From the NCBI RefSeq assembly GCF_009914755.1, contig NC_060943.1: 64,000 nucleotides of DNA; one strand, 5' to 3'. The translations under genes and the position numbers were made by a program. The DNA comes from the human T2T-CHM13v2.0 reference genome, Homo sapiens. This document shows positions 52,701-64,000 of this stretch, piece by piece. How positions within the stretch are numbered: the first letter of the stretch is position 1; each line of letters begins with the position of its first letter. Under the pieces are notes generated by a model, which was not told the origin of the DNA, searched no databases, and saw only the letters and a program-made list of their open reading frames with translations.

Positions 52701-55519
52701 TTTGAATCTTCCTTTTCATGAAGCAGTTTTGAAACACTCTGTTTGTGCAATCCACAATTGGATAATTGGAACGCTTTGATGCCCATGGTAGAAAAGGAAA
52801 TATCCTCATATAAAAACTAGACAGAAGGATTCACAGAAAATGCTTTGTGATGTGTGCATTCAAATCACGGAGTTGAATCTTTCTTTTGTCAGAGCAGTTT
52901 TGAAACACTGTTTCTGTGGAATCTGCCAGCGGACACTTGGAGCGCTTTGAGGGCTACGGTGGAGAAGGAAATATCTTCCCATAAAAACTAGAAAGAAGCA
53001 TTCTCAGAAACATTTATGTGAAGCGTGCATTCAACTCACAGAGTTGAACCTTCCTTTTGATACAACAGTTTTGAAACACTCTTTTGAACAATTGCAGGTG
53101 AATCTTTGGAGCGCTTTGAAGCCTTTGTTGGAAATGGGAATATCTTCACACACAAACTAGCCAGAAGCATTCTCAGAAACTTCTTTGTGATGTGTGCGTT
53201 GAACCCAGAGAGATGAACCTTTCCTTTGATAGAGCAGTTTTGAAACGTGTTTTTGTAAGATCGGCAAGCGGATAATTGGCTTCGCTTTGTGTCCTTTGGT
53301 GGAAACGGGAATATCTTCTAATAAAAACTAGACAGAAATATTCTCAGAATCTCCTTTGTGATGTGGGCATTCAACTAACACAGTTGAACATTTCTTTTCA
53401 CAGAGCAGTTTTGAAACACTCTTTTGGTAGAATCTGCCAGTGGATATTTGGAGCGCTTGGAGGGCTATTGTGCCAATGGAAATATCTGCCCCTGAAAACT
53501 AGACAGAAGCATGCTCAGAAACTACTTCGTGATGTCTGCATTCAACACACAGAGTTGAACATACCTCTTCACAGAGCAGTTTTGAAAACCTCTTTCTGTA
53601 GAATCTGCAAGTGGATATTCGGACCACTTTGAGGCCTTCATAGGAAACAGTAATATCTTCACATAAAAACTAGATAGAAGCATTGTCAGAAAGTTCTTTG
53701 TGATGTGTGAATTCAACTCACAGAGTTGAACCTTCCTTTAATAGAGCAGTTTTGAAACACTCTTTTTCTAGAATCTGCAAGTAGATATTTGGAGCGCTTT
53801 GAGGCCTTCGTTGGAAACCGGAATATCTTCACAGGAAAAGTAGATAGAGGCATTCTCAGAAACTTTTTTGTGATATGTAGATTCAACTCACAGCGTTGAA
53901 CCTTTCTTTGGATGGAGCAGTTTTGAAAAACTCTTTTATCGAATCTGCAGGTAGACATTTGGGGTGCTTTGAGGGCTGTGGTGCAAAAGGAAATGTCTTC
54001 CCATAGAAACTAGACTGAAGCATTCTCAGCAACTTCTTGGTGACGTTTGCATTCATCTCACAGTTTTGAACATACCTTTCCATAGAGTGGTTTTGAAACA
54101 CTGTTTTTGTAGAATCGGCAAGTGGATATTTGGACTGCTTTGAGGCCTTCATCGGAAACGGGAATATCTTCACATAAACACTAGAGAGAAGCATTCTCAG
54201 AAACTTCTTTGTCATCTGTCCATTCAACTCACAGAGTTGAACCTTCCTTTTTATGGAGCAGTTTTGAAACACTCCTTTTGGAGAATCTGCAAGTGGATAT
54301 TTGGAGCGCTTTGAGGCCTATGGTAGAAAAAGAAATATCTGCCTCTAAAAACCAGACAGAAGCATTCCGAGAAACTTCTTTGTGATGTTTGCATTCAACT
54401 AGCAGAGTTGAACCTTCCTTTTGATAGGGCAGTTTGGAAACACTCTTTTTGTAGAATCTGCATGTGGATATCTGGAGCGGTTTGAGGCCTACGGTCAAAA
54501 AGGAAATATCTTCCTGGGAAAAATAGACGAAAGCATTCTCAGAAAGTGCTTTGTGATATGTGCATTCGACTCACCGAGTTGAAACTTTTTTTTGATAGAG
54601 CAGTTTTGAAACACTCTGTAGAATCTGAAAGTGGATATTTGGAGCTCTTTGAGGGCTATGGCGGAAAAGAAAATATATTCACATTAAAGTAGACAGCAGC
54701 ATTCTCAGAAACTTCTTTAGGATGTTTGCAGTAAACTCACAGAGTTGAACCTACCTTTCCGTAGAGCAGTTTTGAAACACTCTGTTTGTGGGATCCGCAA
54801 GTGGATATTTGGACCGCTTTGAGACCTTTGCTGGAAATGGGAATATCTTCACATATAAACTAGACAGAAGCATTCTCAGAAACTTCTTCGTGATGTGTGC
54901 ATTCTCCTCCCGAATTTGAATCTTCCTTTTCATGAAGCAGTTTTGAAACACTCTGTTTGTGCAATCCACAATTGGATAATTGGAACGCTTTGATGCCCAT
55001 GGTAGAAAAGGAAATATCCTCATATAAAAACTAGACAGAAGGATTCACAGAAAATGCTTTGTGATGTGTGCATTCAAATCACAGAGTTGAATCTTTCTTT
55101 TGTCAGAGCAGTTTTGAAACACTGTTACTGTGGAATCTGCCAGCGGACACTTGGAGCGCTTTGAGGGCTATGGTGGAGAAGGAAATATCTTCCCATAAAA
55201 ACTAGAAAGAAGCATTCTCAGAAACATTTATGTGAAGCGTGCATTCAACTCACAGAGTTGAACCTTCCTTTTGATACAACAGTTTTGAAACACTCTTTGG
55301 AACAATTGCAGGTGAATCTTTGGAGCGCTTTGAAGCCTTTGTTGGAAATGGGAATATCTTCACACACAAACTAGCCAGAAGCATTCCCAGAAACTTCTTT
55401 GTGATGTGTGCGTTGAACCCAGAGAGATGAACCTTTCCTGTGATAGAGCAGTTTTGAAACGTGTTTTTGTAAGATCGGCAAGCGGATAATTGGCTTCGCT
55501 TTGTGTCCTTTGGTGGAAA

Positions 55520-58500
55520 CGGGAATATCTTCTAATAAAAACTAGACAGAAATATTCTCAGAATCTCCTTTGTGATGTGGGCATTCAACTAACACAGTTG
55601 AACATTTCTTTTCACAGAGCAGTTTTGAAACACTCTTTTGGTAGAATCTGCCAGTGGATATTTGGAGCGCTTGGAGGGCTATTGTGCCAATGGAAATATC
55701 TGCCCCTGAAAACTAGACAGAAGCATTCTCAGAAACTACTTCGTGATGTCTGCATTCAACACACAGAGTTGAACATACCTCTTCACAGAGCAGTTTTGAA
55801 AACCTCTTTCTGTAGAATCTGCAAGTGGATATTCGGACCACTTTGAGGCCTTCATAGGAAACAGTAATATCTTCACATAAAAACTAGATAGAAGCATTGT
55901 CAGAAAGTTCTTTGTGATGTGTGAATTCAACTCACAGAGTTGAACCTTCCTTTAATAGAGCAGTTTTGAAACACTCTTTTTCTAGAATCTGCAAGTAGAT
56001 ATTTGGAGCGCTTTGAGGCCTTCGTTGGAAACCGGAATATCTTCACAGGAAAAGAAGATAGAGGCATTCTCAGAAACTTTTTTGTGATATGTAGATTCAA
56101 CTCACAGCGTTGAACCTTTCTTTGGATGGAGCAGTTTTGAAAAACTCTTTTATCGAATCTGCAGGTAGACATTTGGGGTGCTTTGAGGGCTGTGGTGCAA
56201 AAGGAAATGTCTTCCCATAGAAACTAGACTGAAGCATTCTCAGCAACTTCTTGGTGACGTTTGCATTCATCTCACAGTGTTGAACATACCTTTCCATAGA
56301 GTGGTTTTGAAACACTGTTTTTGTAGAATCGGCAAGTGGATATTTGGACTGCTTTCAGGCCTTCATCAGAAACGGGAATATCTTCACATAAACACTAGAG
56401 AGAAGCATTCTCAGAAACTTCTTGTCATCTGTCCATTCAACTCACAAAGTTGAACCTTCCTTTTTATGGAGCAGTTTTGAAACACTCCTTTTGGAGAATC
56501 TGCAAGTGGATATTTGGAGCGCTTTGAGGCCTATGGTAGAAAAAGAAATATCTGCCTCTAAAAACCAGACAGAAGCATTCCGAGAAACTTCTTTGTGATG
56601 TTTGCATTCAACTAGCAGAGTTGAACCTTCCTTTTGATAGGGCAGTTTGGAAACACTCTTTTTGTAGAATCTGCATGTGGATATCTGGAGCGGTTTGAGG
56701 CCTACGGTCAAAAAGGAAATATCTTCCTGGGAAAAATAGACGAAAGCATTCTCAGAAAGTGCTTTGTGATATGTGCATTCGACTCACCGATTTGAAACCT
56801 TTTTTTGATAGAGCAGTTTTAAAACACACTGTAGAATCTGAAAGTGGATATTTGGAGCTCTTTGAGGGCTATGGCGGAAAAGAAAATATATTCACATTAA
56901 AGTAGACAGCAGCATTCTCAGAAACTTCTTTAGGATGTTTGCAGTAATCTCACAGAGTTGAACCTACCTTTCCGTAGAGCAGTTTTGAAACACTCTGTTT
57001 GTGGGATCCGCAAGTGGATATTTGGACCGCTATGAGACCTTTGCTGGAAATGGGAATATCTTCACATATAAACTAGACAGAAGCATTCTCAGAAACTTCT
57101 TCGTGATGTGTGCATTCTCCTCACGAATTTGAATCTTCCTTTTCATGAAGCAGTTTTGAAACACTCTGTTTGTGCAATCCACAATTGGATAATTGGAACG
57201 CTTTGATGCCCATGGTAGAAAAGGAAATATCCTCATATAAAAATTAGACAGAAGGATTCACAGAAAATGCTTTGTGATGTGTGCATTCAAATCACGGAGT
57301 TGAATCTTTCTTTTGACAGAGCAGTTTTGAAACACTGTTTCTGTGGAATCTGCCAGCGGACACTTGGAGCGCTTTGAGGGCTACGGTGGAGAAGGAAATA
57401 TCTTCCCATAAAAACTAGAAAGAAGCATTCTCAGAAACATTTATGTGAAGCGTGCATTCAACTCACAGAGTTGAACCTTCCTTTTGATACAACAGTTTTG
57501 AAACACTCTTTTGAACAATTGCAGGTGAATCTTTGGAGCGCTTTGAAGCCTTTGTTGGAAATGGGAATATCTTCACACACAAACTAGCCAGAAGCATTCC
57601 CAGAAACTTCTTTGTGATGTGTGCGTTGAACCCAGAGAGATGAACCTTTCCTTTGATAGAGCAGTTTTGAAACGTGTTTTTGTAAGATCGGCAAGCGGAT
57701 AATTGGCTTCGCTTTGTGTCCTTTGGTGGAAACGGGAATATCTTCTAATAAAAACTAGACAGAAATATTCTCAGTATCTCCTTTGTGATGTGGGCATTCA
57801 ACTAACACAGTTGAACATTTCTTTTCACAGAGCAGTTTTGAAACACTCTTTTGGTAGAATCTGCCAGTGGATATTTGGAGCGCTTGGAGGGCTATTGTGC
57901 CAATGGAAATATCTGCCCCTGAAAACTAGACAGAAGCATTCTCAGAAACTACTTCGTGATGTCTGCATTCAACACACAGAGTTGAACATACCTCTTCACA
58001 GAGCAGTTTTGAAAACCTCTTTCTGTAGAATCTGCAAGTGGATATTCGGACCACTTTGAGGCCTTCGTAGGAAACAGTAATATCTTCACATAAAAACTAG
58101 ATAGAAGCATTGTCAGAAAGTTCTTTGTGATGTGTGAATTCAACTCACAGAGTTGAACCTTCCTTTAATAGAGCAGTTTTGAAACACTCTTTTTCTAGAA
58201 TCTGCAAGTAGATATTTGGAGCGCTTTGAGGCCTTCGTTGGAAACCGGAATATCTTCACAGGAAAAGTAGATAGAGGCATTCTCAGAAACTTTTTTGTGA
58301 TATGTAGATTCAACTCACAGCGTTGAACCTTTCTTTGGATGGAGCAGTTTTGAAAAACTCTTTTATCGAATCTGCAGGTAGACATTTGGGGTGCTTTGAG
58401 GGCTGTGGTGCAAAAGGAAATGTCTTCCAATAGAAACTAGACTGAAGCATTCTCAGCAACTTCTTGGTGACGTTTGCATTCATCTCACAGTGTTGAACAT

Positions 58501-61500
58501 ACCTTTCCATAGAGTGGTTTTGAAACACTGTTTTTGTAGAATCGGCAAGTGGATATTTGGACTGCTTTCAGGCCTTCATCGGAAACGGGAATATCTTCAC
58601 ATAAACACCAGAGAGAAGCATTCTCAGAAACTTCTTTGTCATCTGTCCATTCAACTCACAGAGTTGAACCTTCCTTTTTATGGAGCAGTTTTGAAACACT
58701 CCTTTTGGAGAATCTGCAAGTGGATATTTGGAGCGCTTTGAGGCCTATGGTAGAAAAAGAAATATCTGCCTCTAAAAACCAGACAGAAGCATTCCGAGAA
58801 ACTTCTTTGTGATGTTTGCATTCAACTAGCAGAGTTGAACCTTCCTTTTGATAGGGCAGTTTGGAAACACTCTTTTTGTAGAATCTGCATGTGGATATCT
58901 GGAGCGGTTTGAGGCCTACGGTCAAAAAGGAAATATCTTCCTGGGAAAAATAGACGAAAGCATTCTCAGAAAGTGCTTTGTGATATGTGCATTCGACTCA
59001 CCGAGTTGAAACTTTTTTTTGATAGAGCAGTTTTGAAACACTCTGTAGAATCTGAAAGTGGATAGTTGGAGCTCTTTGACGGCTATGGCGGAAAAGAAAA
59101 TATATTCACATTAAAGTAGACAGCAGCATTCTCAGAAACTTCTTTAGGATGTTTGCAGTAAACTCACAGAGTTGAACCTACCTTTCCGTAGAGCAGTTTT
59201 GAAACACTCTGTTTGTGGGATCCGCAAGGGGATATTTGGACCGCTTTGAGACCTTTGCTGGAAATGGGAATATCTTCACATATAAACTAGACAGAAGCAT
59301 TCTCAGAAACTTCTTCGTGATGTGTGCATTCTCCTCCCGAATTTGAATCTTCCTTTTCATGAAGCAGTTTTGAAACACTCTGTTTGTGCAATCCACAATT
59401 GGATAATTGGAACGCTTTGATGCCCATGGTAGAAAAGGAAATATCCTCATATAAAAACTAGACAGAAGGATTCACAGAAAATGCTTTGTGATGTGTGCAT
59501 TCAAATCACGGAGTTGAATCTTTCTTTTGTCAGAGCAGTTTTGAAACACTGTTTCTGTGGAATCTGCCAGCGGACACTTGGAGCGCTTTGAGGGCTACGG
59601 TGGAGAAGGAAATATCTTCCCATAAAAACTAGAAAGAAGCATTCTCAGAAACATTTATGTGAAGCGTGCATTCAACTCACAGAGTTGAACCTTCCTTTTG
59701 ATACAACAGTTTTGAAACACTCTTTTGAACAATTGCAGGTGAATCTTTGGAGCGCTTTGAAGCCTTTGTTGGAAATGGGAATATCTTCACACACAAACTA
59801 GCCAGAAGCATTCTCAGAAACTTCTTTGTGATGTGTGCGTTGAACCCAGAGAGATGAACTTTTCCTTTGATAGAGCAGTTTTGAAACGTGTTTTTGTAAG
59901 ATCGGCAAGTGGATAATTGGCTTCGCTTTGTGTCCTTTGTTGGAAACGGGAATATCTTCTAATAAAAACTAGACAGAAATATTCTCAGAATCTCCTTTGT
60001 GATGTGGGCATTCAACTAACACAGTTGAACATTTCTTTTCACAGAGCAGTTTTGAAACACTCTTTTGGTAGAATCTGCCAGTGGATATTTGGAGCGCTTG
60101 GAGGGCTATTGTGCCAATGGAAATATCTGCCCCTGAAAACTAGACAGAAGCATTCTCAGAAACTACTTCGTGATGTCTGCATTCAACACACAGAGTTGAA
60201 CATACCTCTTCACAGAGCAGTTTTGAAAACCTCTTTCTGTAGAATCTGCAAGTGGATATTCGGACCACTTTGAGGCCTTCATAGGAAACAGTAATATCTT
60301 CACATAAAAACTAGATAGAAGCATTGTCAGAAAGTTCTTTGTGATGTGTGAATTCAACTCACAGAGTTGAACCTTCCTTTAATAGAGCAGTTTTGAAACA
60401 CTCTTTTTCTAGAATCTGCAAGTAGATATTTGGAGCGCTTTGAGGCCTTCGTTGGAAACCGGAATATCTTCACAGGAAAAGTAGATAGAGGCATTCTCAG
60501 AAACTTTTTTGTGATATGTAGACTCAACTCACAGCATTGAACCTTTCTTTGGATGGAGCAGTTTTGAAAAACTCTTTTATCGAATCTGCAGGTAGACATT
60601 TGGGGTGCTTTGAGGGCTGTGGTGCAAAAGGAAATGTCTTCCCATAGAAACTAGACTGAAGCATTCTCAGCAACTTCTTGGTGACGTTTGCATTCATCTC
60701 ACAGTGTTGAACATACCTTTCCATAGAGTGGTTTTGAAACACTGTTTTTGTAGAATCGGCAAGTGGATATTTGGACTGCTTTGAGGCCTTCATCGGAAAC
60801 GGGAATATCTTCACATAAACACTAGAGAGAAGCATTCTCAGAAACTTCTTTGTGATCTGTCCATTCAACTCACAGAGTTGAACCTTCCTTTTTATGGAGC
60901 AGTTTTGAAACACTCCTTTTGGAGAATCTGCAAGTGGATATTTGGAGCGCTTTGAGGCCTATGGTAGAAAAAGAAATATCTGCCTCTAAAAACCAGACAG
61001 AAGCATTCCGAGAAACTTCTTTGTGATGTTTGCATTCAACTAGCAGAGTTGAACCTTCCTTTTGATAGGGCAGTTTGGAAACACTCTTTTTGTAGAATCT
61101 GCATGTGGATATCTGGAGCGGTTTGAGGCCTACGGTCGAAAAGGAAATATCTTCCTGGGAAAAATAGACGAAAGCATTCTCAGAAAGTGCTTTGTGATAT
61201 GTGCATTCGACTCACCGAGTTGAAACTTTTTTTTGATAGAGCAGTTTTGAAACACTCTGTAGAATCTGAAAGTGGATAGTTGGAGCTCTTTGACGGCTAT
61301 GGCGGAAAAGAAAATATATTCACATTAAAGTAGACAGCAGCATTCTCAGAAACTTCTTTAGGATGTTTGCAGTAAACTCACAGAGTTGAACCTACCTTTC
61401 CGTAGAGCAGTTTTGAAACACTCTGTTTGTGGGATCCGCAAGGGGATATTTGGACCGCTTTGAGACCTTTGCTGGAAATGGGAATATCTTCACATATAAA

Positions 61501-64000
61501 CTAGACAGAAGCATTCTCAGAAACTTCTTCGTGATGTGTGCATTCTCCTCCCGAATTTGAATCTTCCTTTTCATGAAGCAGTTTTGAAACACTCTGTTTG
61601 TGCAATCCACAATTGGATAATTGGAACGCTTTGATGCCCATGGTAGAAAAGGAAATATCCTCATATAAAAACTAGACAGAAGGATTCACAGAAAATGCTT
61701 TGTGATGTGTGCATTCAAATCACGGAGTTGAATCTTTCTTTTGTCAGAGCAGTTTTGAAACACTGTTTCTGTGGAATCTGCCAGCGGACACTTGGAGCGC
61801 TTTGAGGGCTACGGTGGAGAAGGAAATATCTTCCCATAAAAACTAGAAAGAAGCATTCTCAGAAACATTTATGTGAAGCGTGCATTCAACTCACAGAGTT
61901 GAACCTTCCTTTTGATACAACAGTTTTGAAACACTCTTTTGAACAATTGCAGGTGAATCTTTGGAGCGCTTTGAAGCCTTTGTTGGAAATGGGAATATCT
62001 TCACACACAAACTAGCCAGAAGCATTCTCAGAAACTTCTTTGTGATGTGTGCGTTGAACCCAGAGAGATGAACCTTTCCTTTGATAGAGCAGTTTTGAAA
62101 CGTGTTTTTGTAAGATCGGCAAGTGGATAATTGGCTTCGCTTTGTGTCCTTTGGTGGAAACGGGAATATCTTCTAATAAAAACTAGACAGAAATATTCTC
62201 AGAATCTCCTTTGTGATGTGGGCATTCAACTAACACAGTTGAACATTTCTTTTCACAGAGCAGTTTTGAAACACTCTTTTGGTAGAATCTGCCAGTGGAT
62301 ATTTGGAGCGCTTGGAGGGCTATTGTGCCAATGGAAATATCTGCCCCTGAAAACTAGACAGAAGCATTCTCAGAAACTACTTCGTGATGTCTGCATTCAA
62401 CACACAGAGTTGAACATACCTCTTCACAGAGCAGTTTTGAAAACCTCTTTCTGTAGAATCTGCAAGTGGATATTCGGACCACTTTGAGGCCTTCATAGGA
62501 AACAGTAATATCTTCACATAAAAACTAGATAGAAGCATTGTCAGAAAGTTCTTTGTGATGTGTGAATTCAACTCACAGAGTTGAACCTTCCTTTAATAGA
62601 GCAGTTTTGAAACACTCTTTTTCTAGAATCTGCAAGTAGATATTTGGAGCGCTTTGAGGCCTTCGTTGGAAACCGGAATATCTTCACAGGAAAAGTAGAT
62701 AGAGGCATTCTCAGAAACTTTTTTGTGATATGTAGATTCAACTCACAGCGTTGAACCTTTCTTTGGATGGAGCAGTTTTGAAAAACTCTTTTATCGAATC
62801 TGCAGGTAGACATTTGGGGTGCTTTGAGGGCTGTGGTGCAAAAGGAAATGTCTTCCCATAGAAACTAGACTGAAGCATTCTCAGCAACTTCTTGGTGACG
62901 TTTGCATTCATCTCACAGTGTTGAACATACCTTTCCATAGAGTGGTTTTGAAACACTGTTTTTGTAGAATCGGCAAGTGGATATTTGGACTGCTTTGAGG
63001 CCTTCATCGGAAACGGGAATATCTTCACATAAACACTAGAGAGAAGCATTCTCAGAAACTTCTTTGTGATCTGTCCATTCAACTCACAGAGTTGAACCTT
63101 CCTTTTTATGGAGCAGTTTTGAAACACTCCTTTTGGAGAATCTGCAAGTGGATATTTGGAGCGCTTTGAGGCCTATGGTAGAAAAAGAAATATCTGCCTC
63201 TAAAAACCAGACAGAAGCATTCCGAGAAACTTCTTTGTGATGTTTGCATTCAACTAGCAGAGTTGAACCTTCCTTTTGATAGGGCAGTTTGGAAACACTC
63301 TTTTTGTAGAATCTGCATGTGGATATCTGGAGCGGTTTGAGGCCTACGGTCAAAAAGGAAATATCTTCCTGGGAAAAATAGACGAAAGCATTCTCAGAAA
63401 GTGCTTTGTGATATGTGCATTCGACTCACCGAGTTGAAACTTTTTTTTGATAGAGCAGTTTTGAAACACTCTGTAGAATCTGAAAGTGGATAGTTGGAGC
63501 TCTTTGACGGCTATGGCGGAAAAGAAAATATATTCACATTAAAGTAGACAGCAGCATTCTCAGAAACTTCTTTAGGATGTTTGCAGTAAACTCACAGAGT
63601 TGAACCTACCTTTCCGTAGAGCAGTTTTGAAACACTCTGTTTGTGGGATCCGCAAGGGGATATTTGGACCGCTTTGAGACCTTTGCTGGAAATGGGAATA
63701 TCTTCACATATAAACTAGACAGAAGCATTCTCAGAAACTTCTTCGTGATGTGTGCATTCTCCTCCCGAATTTGAATCTTCCTTTTCATGAAGCAGTTTTG
63801 AAACACTCTGTTTGTGCAATCCACAATTGGATAATTGGAACGCTTTGATGCCCATGGTAGAAAAGGAAATATCCTCATATAAAAACTAGACAGAAGGATT
63901 CACAGAAAATGCTTTGTGATGTGTGCATTCAAATCACGGAGTTGAATCTTTCTTTTGTCAGAGCAGTTTTGAAACACTGTTTCTGTGGAATCTGCCAGCG
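55520..64000 (+). repeat. Copy 2 of the intra-array segmental duplication (U26-U29), running off the window end
   Basis: Carries the same rare variants as U10-U13 in the same order. The ORF pattern is repeated, e.g. 21608/57030, 22718/58140 and 23127/58549. Confidence 0.9.

Larger units (their letters stand above)
1..64000 (+). repeat. Alpha-satellite higher-order repeat array: about 29 tandem copies of a 2,214 bp 13-mer HOR (SF5-like, probably the chr5/chr19 D5Z1-type 13-mer)
   Basis: Alphoid motifs (CATTCTCAGAAACTTCTTTGTGATG, GAGCAGTTTTGAAACACTC, GTAGAATCTGCAAGTGGATATTTGG) recur about every 171 bp. Near-identical sequence recurs every 2,214 bp (ORF starts 142, 2356, 4570 ... 62131), with three 2,213 bp units. 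Orientation is the same throughout. The chromosome/family assignment is recalled knowledge and less certain than the alpha-satellite call. Confidence 0.98.

Noticed and set aside
1-64000. CRISPR-like or prokaryotic repeat-spacer system
   Set aside because: There are no unique spacers and no cas or other genes. The entire 171 bp monomer is homologous between repeats.
1-64000. Active centromeric HOR such as the D17Z1 13-mer variant or other SF1-3 arrays
   Set aside because: Those arrays have regular dimeric or pentameric monomer order with frequent intact CENP-B boxes. Here the A/B order is irregular and the boxes are degenerate.

Overview
The whole 64 kb window is primate (most likely human) alpha-satellite DNA. 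It is one uninterrupted head-to-tail array of about 29 copies of a 2,214 bp higher-order repeat (HOR) made of 13 monomers of about 171 bp. I found no genes, transposon insertions or inversions, and every ORF in the track is a satellite artefact recurring at the HOR period. A-type and B-type monomers alternate irregularly (B A B B A B A A A B A A B). The consensus HOR has no intact CENP-B box and no intact pJalpha core, and it carries one EcoRI site per unit. From memory (not a search), this fits the SF5 13-mer arrays of human chr5/chr19 (D5Z1-type, inactive pericentromeric HORs). Units are numbered U1-U29 from the ORF-track starts 142, 2356, and so on. The interesting information lies in the SNV haplotypes of the copies: (i) one copy has regained a canonical CENP-B box at 49719-49735; (ii) a block of at least 8 kb is duplicated at a 35,422 bp (16-HOR) offset; (iii) U2-U9 form an A-B-C-A-B-A-B-C super-repeat with a mappable recombination junction; (iv) U16-U19 are a recent expansion of one variant; (v) the B-boxes carry a CpG-deamination signature. 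I see no evidence for a new protein-coding or RNA system.
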